Source: Leucoraja erinacea
Taxonomy: Eukaryota
NCBI RefSeq assembly: GCF_028641065.1
Contig: NC_073393.1
Location: forward strand, 1-64,000
Reading direction: 5' to 3'
Length of the DNA: 64,000 nt
Part shown: positions 49,647-63,280 of the stretch, piece by piece
How the letters are laid out: each line of letters opens with the position of its first letter
How positions within the stretch are numbered: position 1 is the first letter of the stretch
The notes under the pieces: model-generated
The model's input: the letters and a program-made list of their open reading frames with translations, nothing else
Told to the model about the DNA's origin: nothing
The model's database searches: none
Program-made: the position numbers and the translations under genes

Positions 49647-52600
49647 GTAAAGGGCCTCGGGCCGCAGCAACGCTGCCTGCCCCGGCCCCGGCTCTCCCGC
49701 TGCGGCTGCCAATGTGAATGTTCCCCTGAGCTGTTGAAGGGAAGGCGCTGGAGGTTGTACACAAGTTAGAAACATAGACCATAGGTGCAAGGGGAGACCA
49801 CTCGGCCCTCACCAATGGCTGATCATCCACAATCACTACCCGTTCCCGCCTTCTCCCCATATCCCTTGACTCCGTTAGCCCTAAGAACTAAATCGAACTC
49901 TCTCTTAAACATCCCCCCCCACCCCCACCAAAGCAGCTACAACGTGTGGTGGGATCCGCTGGCAGCTGGCTGTAAACACAAGCACCCACACCACAGCCGT
50001 CAACACACACACACACACAGTGAAGCAAATAACCTCTAGCGAGCTATAGGATCTTTGCACTGAAGGGTCTCGACCCGAACCGTCCACCCATTCCTTCTGT
50101 CCAGAGATGCTGCCTGTCCCCCTCAGTTACTCCAGTATTCAATGTCTACCGTAGATTTTAAACTAGCATCTGCAGTTCTTTCCCACACACACACACCTTC
50201 ATACTTTCACTTTAAACCGTTCTTCTACTTAGTTAGAAATGTTCGATCAATGTTTTCTTTTTTAAAGAAAAACGTCCATGTTATAATTTACATTCCCCCT
50301 CGCCCCCGCCCCCTTTTTAAACAACACTGAAACGTGATATAACTCAATCGCAGCTGTAAACAGTCGGCACCAACACCACTGCACTTCAATACTGCACATT
50401 TCTTCAATTTCAAAAATCGAGTGTTTTTATATCCATGTGTCCCCAAACGGAACAAATGAGAATCTTACTTGCAGCAGCACAACAAACATTAACATAGAAA
50501 CATAGAAATTAGGTGCAGGAGTAGGCCATTCGGCCCTTCGAGCCTGCACCGCCATTCAATATGATCATGGCTGATCATATTGAATTACTTAGTAAAACTC
50601 ACAGTAAACAAAAATCAGTATATATAAATGGACAATAGTAGTGATTGTAGGTGTCATCCTATTTCCGTCTTGCTTTCTGGATTGCGTACAATCATAAGTA
50701 AATCGGAGATTCCCATTGTTAGCAAATGGAAATAATTTTATGTTATGCTTGCTTCTGGTCGTGTAGTTGAGTCGTTTTAATGAAGATCATGATTTCTGTT
50801 TTATATATTAGTGACTTTTGCGTAGGTATCAGACGTTTCTTCAATACTTGGTTTTCTCCAGCTCACTTAGCAAATGTTTTCTTATCCCGTATTGTTTGAA
50901 GCCAATGCTGAGTGTTTTTATTGAGGCCCGTTCGTCATGGCTGTTGTGTGGAGGTTCTTGCTGCCAGTTAGACAGAGCAGCGCCTTCTGCTGGGCGTCTG
51001 GGATCTGTGACTCATCAGAACGACTAACTGTCTCCACTGAACCTATCAGATTAAAGTCAGTGCAGGACTGAACCAGGAAATGTCCAGTTCATAAGAGTCA
51101 AATGGGGACAGCTCCTTCGGCCCACCTAGTCCATGCTGGCCAAGTGCCCATGTAAACCAGTTCAATTTGCTTATGTTTAAGAAGGAACTGCAGATGCTGG
51201 AACAATCGAAGGTAGATAAAATTGGTGGAGAAACCCAGCAGATGAGGCAGCATCTATGGAGGGAAAGAATGGGTGATGTTTCGAGTTGAAAAACGTCACC
51301 CATTTCTTCGCTCCATAGATGCTGCCTCACCTGCTGACTTTCTCCAGCATTTTTGTCTACTTTCCATTTGCTTAGGTTCGCAACGGAATCAAGGGACATG
51401 GGGAGAAAGCAGGTACAGGGTGCTGATAGGGATGATCAGCCTTGATCATATTTAATGGCTCAAAGGGCCGAATGGCCTACTCCTGCACCTATTTTCTATG
51501 TTTGACCCATATCTCTAAGCTTTCCGATCCATGTGGAGTTGGATATGGAAAAGAAGGATTGTACTTTAATGATGAAGATATAGTGACCTATACAATTTTT
51601 ATTCTGGCTACTGGTGCCCAGTAACAATTATGTAATTAAGTAAGCTAACCAGAAATATTTGTAAATAATTACCATGTTTGAAATCAACACTGATTTTTTA
51701 AAAGGGTGATGCAATGGTACAATGAAACTTTGTATTTCTGTAACGTTTTTAAATCTCCATTTAGGTCTAATTTATTGCTATACATTTTTTAAGTAAGGGG
51801 ATTTAGTATTGAGCCCTTTGTAGGGCCACCCACGACAGTCATCCACCACATACCCATCACAAAATACCCATCAGTTGGTGCTTCTGACACTGACTCATTT
51901 TAGATCCAATGTGCCACTCTCTTTTAGATCCCACTCTATCTGACCAGTCTGCCTTGCGAAACCTTGGCAAAAAGCCCTTGCTGAAACCTGTGTTAACTAC
52001 ATCAAACACCCCATCCTCCTTATTACCGCCTCGAATAAATTCAAACACTTTATTAAGCACTTACTACAAGGTAGATACAAAATGCTGGAGTAACTCAGCG
52101 AGTCAGGCAGCATCTCTGGAGCGAAGATTTAAACCAGCATCTGCAGTTCTTTCTTACACAGTCAGGTACTGCATTCCCATTAGTAAATCTGTGCTAACTG
52201 TCCTTGATTAATCTGTGCCTTTTAAAATATGTTAATGCTGACCCTTAGCGTGACAATAAACTGAAACTGAATGGATTATATTTGTACACCATCAAAGTTA
52301 AATAAGTCGGCTTGTTGAGTGCCAGGAGAGAGCGTGGAGAAAGGCTAAGGAGATTTGGAGAAATTACTGATATGTTTCGAAGCCCTGATATGTTGATGCA
52401 CCAAAGATGATGTGATAACAGAAATACTTGTCGCTTATTGTTAAAACAATTCTGTGATTTTGTTCATTTGAACTTTAATTTTAGATCATGCATTGTATAT
52501 TCATAACTTGCCATTTTTCTGGATGGAAGCAAATGAATCGCAATTAATCTGCATAAATGAAGTTGTTTCACTCTGTCAATTATGTTCCTAGGTGGTTGTA

Positions 52601-55600
52601 AAATGGAACATGTTGCATCAGGTTTAGTAAACTATGTAACTATGTAAAAGTAAAAATGTGATAAGTGAACAATGGACAGTATGCAGAAAGCAGAACAGCA
52701 ATAAATAAATCAATGGAGCCACATTTGTAGTTGTTGGAGAGCTGAAAATAACAAAATGGTGGAAGCAATGAGCAGGATGATCAGTTGGTCGACATTTTAG
52801 GTGAAGGAGCCTTCATCTCAAAGTGAAAAGACAAGCAAGTCTTAAATTGTAGATGGGAAGGACAGGAGAGAATGTTTGCGATAGTGTGCAGACCAAATTA
52901 GTTTAGTTTTCTCCACCCTCCTCCCTGTTTGCAGCTTAAAATACACCACTCTTCTCACTTTACCCAGTCTGTTGAAGGGACCTTGACCTGAAATGTTAAC
53001 TCTACTGTTCTCACATGCCCCTGCCTGCCCTGATGATTGGTTCCACTAAATACCGAATATTCTATTTTCAAACATGCGAAGTTACCGACATAATGGCATA
53101 TAACATTTCAGTTCACAACAGTTTTACTTCCCGATGTTATGCATCTACGTTTTTTGACTATTCGGATCTGATACATATTTATATGTGACCCGTTAAATTT
53201 AGCATCTGAATTCAAGAAGGATCTCACACTCTTCATGGCTTACTCAAGTTCCCCCAGTCATAATCTAACAGCTCCTTCCTTTATTTACATGTAGATTAAT
53301 TATATACAGACTTGTTACTCTACAGTTTACAGTTGTTTTTAAATGATCGACATGTATTTTTAATGTGAGAAATCCATTTGTATGTTTAATAATGTAGTAT
53401 TTATGGGATTATGGATGGTCTTGTAATTGTTTTGGGGACATTGAACTTCAACCACATTGGTTTAACCAAATAAATGTGTACCTATCTTGTGGCATTCTGC
53501 ATTATCGTTGTACCAGCATCACAAAGTTGTGGTCTCATTAATGATTGCATTTAAAAATTGCTTTTGCTAAAAGTTCTTGTTTGTCACTATTGTTTGAAAT
53601 GTAAATGTGACTTATTTATGGTATTAACTAAATACATAATATCTCGGCATTTGGGATTGTTCAAGGAGCATCATGCACATTTGGCTGTTAATGTTACAAT
53701 ATAATTATGTTTTTTCATGTTGAAAGTATAATTTTAATTTTAATATACTCTGCAGCTTTGTTGTTTGTTATTTTTTTGGCTGTTGCGTTTTTAGGATTTA
53801 CATGCTTTATCTTGGAGTGTTCTTATAACTGACTGACCGCCTTCAGTGCATTTTCTTGACCTGAATGTATAGGATGTCAGGAGACACAACAGACTGCAGG
53901 TGTTGAAGTCTTGAGCGTCAAGAACGGTCCCAACCCAAACATCATCTGTCCATTTCTCTCCACAGATGATGCCTGACCCCTGAGTTCTCTGGCAGCTTGC
54001 TTATTGAGTAGGGTGTTAGCTTGGAGATTGGTTTCATTGATGCTTTGATACATCTAGCTCTCTGTGCTAATTGAGGCAAGCCAGTTTTATTGAGCTGTAG
54101 TATTGTTGTGCCCTTGAAGAGCTCAGTGAGCATTACTGATAAGTCCGTGGCAACGCAAGTCCCTGTGTTAATCCTGGATCCATTTTAAGAAAGGTGTTAT
54201 TAATGTTGCTGCATTTTCCTTACCTGATCAGCTGGATATATTGGGAAATATAGGTTGACATGCACATTCATCATTATTCAGTAACCTGTTTGGAAGTACA
54301 TCAGATGAAGTGATTGGTTATCAAGGTATGATGCTGAGGTTGATCATTATCCAGTGAAGTATATGCTCGTAAACAGTCACTGCTTTCAGGGTCCAGATAC
54401 CGTAAATTGATCATAGGTGTGCTCTTAAAAAACATTCATTGTGAATGTTAACTTCTGATACTTTGGTGATCTGAAACATCACCTATCCATGTTCTCCATT
54501 GATGCTGCCTGACCCACTGAGTTACTATGCACTTTATCTTTAAAAAAAAATCAGCACCTTGTGTCTGCTCCAGTGGTTTTCTCTTTGCTCAAGATTCCAT
54601 CATCTGCAATCTCTTGTGCCTCAGTTAACTGAGCTGTAGTGGATAAAATACTTTACCTGGTTTCTCATGTATATCCAAACATTGTCATCAGATTGACTTT
54701 GTGTTCAGGTTTTCCTGCCATTGTTGTACTTTCCATTAGTTCTCCACACTTCTTTTTCTGAAGGAGAGTTTGATGCAAGCATTTCAGAAGATATGTAAAT
54801 GTTCCATATGATCAGAACTGGCTACATGTTATGTAAATTAACCTTGATTGTACAGGAAAGCTAGGACGATAGCTTCCCCAATTTTTCCCTCATTTTCATT
54901 GTTCAGTAAGCTGTCACTGGTAGCAAAATACCTTTATAAATGTTGATATGCCAAAGGGTTTAAACACATTTTACAGCATATATTTATAAAGTACATTCTG
55001 AAAGTAATGTTACTACTTGATACGTAAGGGGTGAATGTTATCAATTCCGCATATAATTAATGCTTTATAAAAACAGTATATACAGCAGTACAGCTCTTCA
55101 GGGTCGGGTCCTTCGGCCATTAATATCTTTGCCGAATAAGATGCTAAACTAAGTTCCTCTGCCTGTATGTGATCTATATACCTCCATTCCCTGCGTGTCC
55201 ATGTGCCCATCTAAATTATAATTATTATAATGTGCATCAAAGTTTGTCCAATCTCACCGTATAACTAATACCCACTAATGCGAACATCACTCTGATGAAC
55301 TGCCTCTGCACCCTCTTCACTACCTCCACATCCTTCCTGTAATGGGGCGGCCAGAATGTGTCCTAACCAGTATTTTATAAAGGTTATAAAACAGCTTGCT
55401 GACTTCCTGACTTTTATATGCAAAGCCCTGACCGATGAAGGCAAACATACCATGCATCTTCTTTTCCACTCAATCTACTTGTGTTGCCACTTTCGGGGAG
55501 TTTTGGACTTGGACCCCAAGATCCTTCTCTACATCAATGCTGTTAAGGGTCTTGACATTAATACAAGATACAAGATACATTTATTTGTCACATGTGCCAT

Positions 55601-58600
55601 TTGTCACATGTGATTACAGCCATACAATAAAATAAAGAACACAACACACAATAGAGTTCAACATAAAACATCCCCCCACAGCAGAATCAAAAGTTTCCCA
55701 CTGTGAGGGAAGGCACCAAAGTCGGTCTCTTCCTCTGATGTTCACCCGTGGTCGGGGCCTCCGGAGCCCTCCGCAGTCGCCGCTACGGGCAGCCCGCCGC
55801 TCAGGCCCGCTCGCCGGTATGTTGGAACTTCAACGTCGGAACGGGAGGCCAACCTGAGCGGCTTGCACCTCCAAATTGACCACTTCCTATCAGAGCCCAT
55901 GGCTCCCTATGTCTCCAGGCCGCGCCAGGCGGGGATTCACGCTGGCGGCCCTCGGCAAAGGGCTCCAGGGACTCCGCGATGTCAGTCAGCGCCGCCGGTG
56001 CTGGGAGCTCCACGAACCACAGCCCCGCGATGTTGGAGCAGAGGCCCAACACTCAGGAGCACCAAACGGTGATCCAGGTAGGTATCCGCAGTGAATCCAG
56101 CGCCACGCCGCCGCTGCCGAAGCTCTGGTTCGGTCTCAGGTAGGAAAGGCCGTTCCGATCCAGTGGTAGGCCGCGAGGAGGGGGGCCGAGGACGTGACTC
56201 GGAGAAATTTGATTTTTTTTTTTAAACTTGATTCCTTTATTGTCATTCAAACCTTCCGGTCTGAACGAAATTTTGTTGCCTGCAGTCATACACAATAATA
56301 ATAAATAACAAAACATACAATAAACACAAATTAACATCCACCACAGTGAGTTCACCAAGCACCTCCTCACTGTGATGGAGGCAAAGGTCTTAGTCTTTGT
56401 CTCTTCCCTCCTTGTTGTCCCTCTGCGCTAAGGCGATCCAGGCCGAAGATGCCGCCCTCCAGTCCAGCGGACCTCCGTGGTGATGTCGCCACTGCCGAAA
56501 GCCTTAACGCTGTCTCCGCTCCGAGTCGGCCCGCCACAGCCTCAGCTCCGAGTTGGGCCGCTGCCAAAACCTGGAACGCCGCCTCAGTGAGTCGGGCCAC
56601 CGCTGCCTCAGCTCCGAGTCCCGCTGCATCAGCGAGTCGGGCCACCGCTGCCTCAGTTCCGAGTCCTGCTGCCTCAGCTCCGAGTCCCGCTGCCTCAGCT
56701 CCGAGTCCCGCAGCCTCGGCTCCGGGCCGCTGCTGAAAGCTGGAACGCCGCATCAGCGAGTCGGGCCACCGCTGCCTCAGCCCCGAAGTCGGCCAGTCTC
56801 GCGTTGTAGGTCCTGGCTGGCTCTGCCTCCGGAGCCTCGAGGTCGGTCGCAGGTTGGAGACCGCCAGCTCCGCCATTAGGCCTCAGCGCAGGCGGAGGCA
56901 GAGAAGGGGGATACGACAAGAAAGTCGCATTCCCCCGAAGGAAGAGACAAAAAAACAAATAGTCGCATCCTCGCCAGGAAGCGACAGGGGAACGGTTTCC
57001 CCCCTACCCTACCCTATCCCCCTCCCCACATAGAAAAAGTAAAGAATCCCCAAAACAAACAGTTTAGAGATAAACTAAAATTAAAAAAAGATAGGAAAAA
57101 AACTAACAGACGGTAGGCAGAGGCGCCTTCAATGCAGCGCCCATAGTGGTCTGTATACTTTCTGTATGACTATACTTTCTCCTTACATTTGACCTCACAA
57201 AGTGCCACACCTCAAACTTGCCCAGATTAAACTCCATGTGCCAACCGTAACTCATCTAAATCCCGCTCTATCCTTTGACAGCCTTCCTCGTTGCCCACAT
57301 ATTCACTTTTTGTGTTGTCTGCAAACTTGCATCCTAGTTGTTTATATCTGTGTCTCAAACAACAGTGGACATGGCACAGATCCCTGTGGAACTGTACTGC
57401 TCACTGATCTCCACTGTGAATAACAGCCTTCCAATCTACCTCCTGTCTTCTACAATTCTACAGTTAAGCCAGGTCTGAATGCAAATGATCATGTCACTAT
57501 CTCGTGCATCTCAATCTTCTTGCCTGCATTTAAATTTCTTCCTTTAAGAAGGTTTTCAGCAACCAGAAACTGTATTGGTAAATAATATTTTAAATATTTT
57601 TCATTGGTGCTTTAAGGTGGAAGATAGAATATTTAATACTCAGAAATGGAAAGGAAATTCAAAATTTATACCATTAATGAAATGCTGTAAATAAATACTA
57701 TATTGAAGCTGTCGAATGTGAATGGGAGAGTAGTTCTAGTTAACTTGTGTAGTATTAGAAATACTGATAAATTTCGTTCCTAACCCCACTTCATGCTTAT
57801 GATGGCATTGCTTTACCTCAGATTCCACAGTAATTGGAATTCCACAACCGAGATGTCCTGTTTTTCACAACCTCAGGATTATTCCCCAAATTCTTTCACT
57901 GGCATTAAGTTTTTGAAGTATTCACCCAGCCCCTGTTATCAGTGTAGGATAAAGGCACGCACTTACCCCTGGATAAATGAAAATGCAGGTGACAGTAAGA
58001 CCCCCTTCTATGTTCCGATGTCCCCAAATAAAGGTAAAAATGCCCCATAATGTTTTAAAAAGATTAACATTTATCGTTAAAATATTTAACCATTCAAATG
58101 CTCTGTTATTTGAAGAGTTGCTTGGAGTCGAGCCTCAGATGTATCATCTCTATTCACTCTGATGCCAGGTACCTTAAACCTCAATGCATTCATTGTAGGT
58201 GGATCATTGGCTGGTTCCTATATTAACTATAATGCCTCTGGAAAATATTTAAAATGGGACCAGGGTTGACTGCTTAAGTATGTGGATCTATGGATAACAA
58301 ATCAATTGCTTACGGGGATTCAGTGTATGCTTAGCTTTTTAATACTTTGCAGGACTACTCCTGCTTATGTATTGGTGTTTTCGACTAAAGATGGAAAATT
58401 GAGCACAGCTGAATTAGAGAGGGGTTCTCTGGAACATTGTAGTAACTATTGTGTTTCCGCAAATGAATACATCTCAGGAGTGTTATAAAGATTAGCGGAG
58501 TTATCAAGGACATTACTGCAACTATCGTGCTCCCACATAGGAATCCTGAGAAGCACTGCACTAATTAGATTGGTGGCCAGTAAAGAGTTCATTCTTTTGA

Positions 58601-61600
58601 CAGATGAGAGGAAAGAAACCGGTAAAATGGGGTGAGGTGGCTCGGGGCTGTTTAGTGGAAGTGCATAAATCTGTACAAGCCAGCTACATATTTGGAAGTT
58701 AATTATTCTCTTCCTTTCTGGGAAGCTCTGGATAAGATGAATACACCAATATGTGTTCACATCATCCATCGTTTTTATTCCTCCTGCGAGTTTTCTCGTG
58801 GTACCACAGATACTGCTCTCTACAGCGCAATGTTTGGTGCCATATTCAAGTGACAAATCTTCACACAAGTCCAGACAGTGATGTAGGCCATTTAATCACA
58901 GAAGGTATTGCAGCTGAACCAATCCTGTCATAACACGATGTCCATATCTGCAGTAAGATTTGTTGGATGTTGATTCATACTGGATTTAATTTTTCTCTCT
59001 CATTTACCAAAAGTTGAGGCTAGTTATAGTTATTTCCTGCTGCAAGTTCAATAATGTCAGAACAACTCGGAAATTGATCAAGATGTTATTTATCTCAGCA
59101 TTTTAGAAAGGATAGAATATGGTTTATAAAATAGCATGATATGCAGTGTACATTATTACCGCAGAAAAGCTTTTGACAGCACTCAAATCGTGTGGCTGAA
59201 GGACTTTATGGAGGTGATGTCATGAAATAATTTAGAGTATATACAGGTTGTTTGGTTTTGTTAGAGGACTTGCTTCTTTCTTCTGTGACATTAATTTCAA
59301 AAGAACCCTCTTAAGCCATGCAGAGCCTATTTGGTTTGTTTTTTCTGCAGCAATTTCATATTCATTCTGATTCCTTTCTGTACAGAATATATAATTAATA
59401 TAAATTGCCCAAAGAGGCACGTGCCAAACTGCCATGATTTATAGAGAATTTATGTTCTAATATCACTTTGGAACCATTTTAGTTTATGTGAAAATATGTT
59501 GCTAATGTAATCTTTGTCAGATATGTCTGTGATTATATCTCCATGCTTAGTTGAGACCTATTCAAAAATTTCCTTTGTGTCTGTGTTTTCTATAAACTAT
59601 GCAAACACCAAAAATCCTGTAGAATTTTAATTGTCAGTAGTGCTAAATCAAATTACACCCTGTATGTGTTTTTATATGGCCATGTCTGTACCTACAGGTT
59701 GAGCATATTGCTCCAATCAACAGCGACCAAACTGCTTTGCCTAAAATCTCACTTGAATGAAGTGGTGTCACTCTAACAATGAACCCATTGCCAAATGAAG
59801 GGGAAGTGGGGAAAAGATGTTACTTCAAAACAACATTTCAAGGCCTCAGTAAAATTGCTAGGTGTACATTGCTGAGCTAGTTTTGCCGGAGCCTGTTAAA
59901 TTATTCAATTAATGTAGAATCACTTGGATTATTTAATTAAGATCATCTTGAAGATTAATATGATTTTGGATTAAGTTAAATCGCACCTTTTTGTGGGTAT
60001 AGTATGGACAGTTTCTGAATTCTTAATATTGCTTTTCATGAGCAGTTGTTTATTTCAATAACAGGTGGTCTCAAGCTGCAAAGAAAAAATCCAACACTGG
60101 TAAGCCCAACATTTCTTAATATATTAATTGATTTTGCTTGTCAGGTATAAATCCTGTCAATAAAAGCATTGTGTTTGAGTAAAAGTAAAATGATTGTACA
60201 TTTCATATAGATTGAGTATTGTATGTATTTTAAAGGCAATAATATCCTTCCTGTAGATAGACACAAAATGCTGGAGTAACTCAGTGGGACAGGCAGCATC
60301 TCTCCTGTGCTTTGCAGTACTCCCGATATTACCGCAGAAGATCAAATAAGTCAGAATAACTTGGCTCAGTATTTCTTGTTGAATAGTTAATGAATAGTTG
60401 TGCTCTATGCAAATTACTTACAAATTCCAAAGCAAAATGACTGGTTTGAATACTAGAAATAAGCACACAATAGATTCAAATATTTCATAATTCAAATAGA
60501 AGTAATTGCACCCAAAGCAATTGATCTTAATAATGGAAAGCAGAGGTGTGTGGTTTTCTGCAGGTGCCTTTGAGATCTTGTATTAGTCCTGCATGGTCGA
60601 GCTGTTCTATGTGATATTACATTGCAGTAGTGACCTACCTGACAGATAATTGCAAGACAAACTGGTCTCATTTGCCTGGCGCGCTCCATTTACAATTGCT
60701 TTTTATCCTGACCTTTTGAAGCAACTTTATCCGAATGACACTCGCTTCCTTAAACAATTGGATTCTCTGAAAGATACAGCCTTACTTAACGCTACTGTGC
60801 CACCACCTGTGAGGTTGTCAAAATGTCTTTATTGAACAATATTGCAGCTGAGGAGCTGTAGATAATCCAAACCTGGAAACATTACTCATGGCCCTTTCCT
60901 TTCATCAATGTCATTACATATAGCTGAGTCCCCTGTCCTGATTCTACTGATATCCTGCAAAATATCCTCATTTACGTTTTCCCTTTTCTGTGATCATTCC
61001 TCTAAGCATGTTAATATATTACCTCAAAGCCATGGACCCCTATTTTGTGTAACAGTCTTTGATGTGAGACTTTATTAAATATCTTAAATATCCCACAGCT
61101 TCCATTATTCTCATTTTTTTATTTGTCAAAAACATTCACCTTTTATGAAATCACCTTTTCGCTGCTTAATAATGGTCTTATAGATGGCTTATTAATAATC
61201 ATTTTCCAGCAGATTCCAGCATTTCCTTGTGAACTGATACCAGGATAACATCGAACATAGAAAAGTACAACACAGGAACAGGCCTTTTTGTGTACAATGT
61301 CTGTGTCGAAAATGATGCTAAGATTAACTAATCTCCTTTGCTCTGTATCCCTCCATTTTCCCGCACCCTCCTGTTTGAACAGTGGTACCTTCCAAACCAT
61401 TGGGGCTGTTCCAGAACCTAGGGAATTTTGAATGAATGCAATAAATGCTTCCATTCTCAGTGCAACTGCCCGTTTCAGAACACGTCTGAGAGATCTGATA
61501 GCATTCAGTCTCATTATTTTCTCCAAGCTTGTGTTAATTATTTAATTTCCTCTATTATTAGCTCCTTGGTTCCTTCTGCTATGATTAGTATCTTTTATTG

Positions 61601-63280
61601 AGAAGGCATAAAATATTTGTCAGTACTCCCCTTTATTTCCATTATAATGTATTCTCTCTGCTTCTAATGGTCATATGACCACACTTGCTACTTTTTAAAT
61701 ATTTGAAGTTCCTATTTGTATTCTTGCCAGTTTCTTTTCAATCTATTTTCTCTCTCCATCAATTTTTTTGGTTGTTCCTTGTGTTATCTTGTGTTATCTA
61801 AAGTTTCCAATCTACATTCTGGCAACATTACAAGACTTCTAACATTGTACTATCCTTGCATCTTCAAGTAACCATCAATTAATTATTTTCCAAAATATTA
61901 ATGACTGTAATTCATGAATCAGAACCTTTGTCTCTCACGAAACTCTTCAACTTACAAAATGCACTTGGCTCAGGTAGTTACGTGGATATTTCTGGTATTA
62001 TTGTAGATAAAGTTAACCATTGATATTCTCACTGTATACCTTGAATGCCTTCAGATGTTTATTTCCAGTTTAATCATCGTTGTTCATTTCCATGTTAGTG
62101 CAATTTCCATTTTGTCTGAAGAAAGGTCTCGACCTGAATCTTCACCCATCCCTTTTCTCCAGAGATGTTGCCTGTCCTGCTGAGTTACTCCAGTTTTTTG
62201 TGTCTATCTTCCATTTTATACTCTTTCTATAACGATCATGAGGCACTGCTCAAGTTGCTCGATGTACTTTTATTTTTGCACTATCTTGGTTTGGTTTAGT
62301 TAGAATAACTGGTGTTTCATAATGTTTTTTAGTTCCAGTTCATATCCTGTGCATATGACAAATAATCATTGTTGACTTGATATCTTTAATGCAAGCACAG
62401 GATAGCCGAGAAGGCATTTGGGATTCCTGGTCCCATTTGCTGTGGACAGTGTCTCCTCATATTGTTGCCAATCATTACTATTTGTTTCATTCGTTTGTTG
62501 CAAGAAGATTTAAGAAACATACTTAGTTATTGGAGCAATCTTCTTTCCCTGTTTAGTAGCTTGGCAGTAGAAGCCTTAGCTCTTAAGTTACCAACTTTTT
62601 ATTTTCAAGCACCATTAAGTTTCTAAAGATGATTAAGGCTGACATTTCAGTGGAATAAGGGAGGTGCACCTTTCAAGATCCATCTTCTACTGAGCCATTA
62701 AACGGGTGTTGCTACCTGCTTAAGCTGTAAGCTTTTGATCAAAACCACCTGATGGAGTATCAGTAGCCCAATGGGGTTTCAATTTACCATTGATCCATTT
62801 TACATTGATAGAATTTGGTATATTCATCTATGTCATGTCCAGAGAGCTCAGTTATTGTGCAATGTCCTGGCCAATCCTTAAACTTCAACAACACAATTTG
62901 AATGGCGGCTGATTAATTATTTTGTTTATCAGCATATTATCATTTAAGAACATTTTTCACAATGTTCTTCTTATATTTGAACAAAATTCACGAATTTTAT
63001 ACAAATCCCACGAGGATCTGTTGCCAATCAAGCTTCAATCAATTTCAAAATTGGTGTGATCACTAATGTATAATTTCTGTCATAAAAGCAAGTCAAGTCA
63101 CATGGATTTATAATTTACATTGTACTTCTATTATTCAGATTTGAGTGCAATTTAAAATGTAATTTAAATAAACATTTAAATGTGAATGTTTTAATATTTA
63201 GGGTTAAAGTACAAAGTGACTATGAAGCACTTCAAGAAAGGCTCAAGACTCTACCTGATAAGCTGTGTTATGATGTAATG
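49563..63280 (+). CDS. URI1: URI1 (unconventional prefoldin RPB5 interactor), partial: exons 49563-49646, 60065-60099, 63202-63280; continues beyond the window
   Basis: MAAPPPPPTPAPAPGPHARSRLRAEHAK|VVSSCKEKIQHW|VKVQSDYEALQERLKTLPDKLCYDVM matches the URI1 prefoldin-alpha N-terminus; GT-AG introns; located downstream of CCNE1. Confidence 0.93.
50026..50057. mobile_element. Fused-TIR footprint (16+16 nt) at the start of URI1 intron 1
   Basis: cagtgaag-CAAATAACCTCTAGCG/AGCTATAGGATCTTTG-cactgaag; TSD 7/8. Confidence 0.75.
60065..60099 (+). CDS. URI1: URI1 exon 2
   Basis: ACAG|GTG GTC TCA AGC TGC AAA GAA AAA ATC CAA CAC TG|GTAAGC. Confidence 0.9.
63202..63280 (+). CDS. URI1: URI1 exon 3
   Basis: TTTAG|...DYEALQERLKTLPDKLCYDVM|GTGAGT. 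Confidence 0.93.

Noticed and set aside
48625-49860. Overlapping Pro/Gly-rich ORFs of 150-350 aa
   Set aside because: Artefacts of the E-box minisatellite and CpG island; only 49563-49646 fits URI1
52592-52621. 30-nt AG/GT-flanked segment in URI1 intron 1 (VVVKWNMLHQ)
   Set aside because: Weak donor, no homology; exon 1 joins 60065 correctly without it
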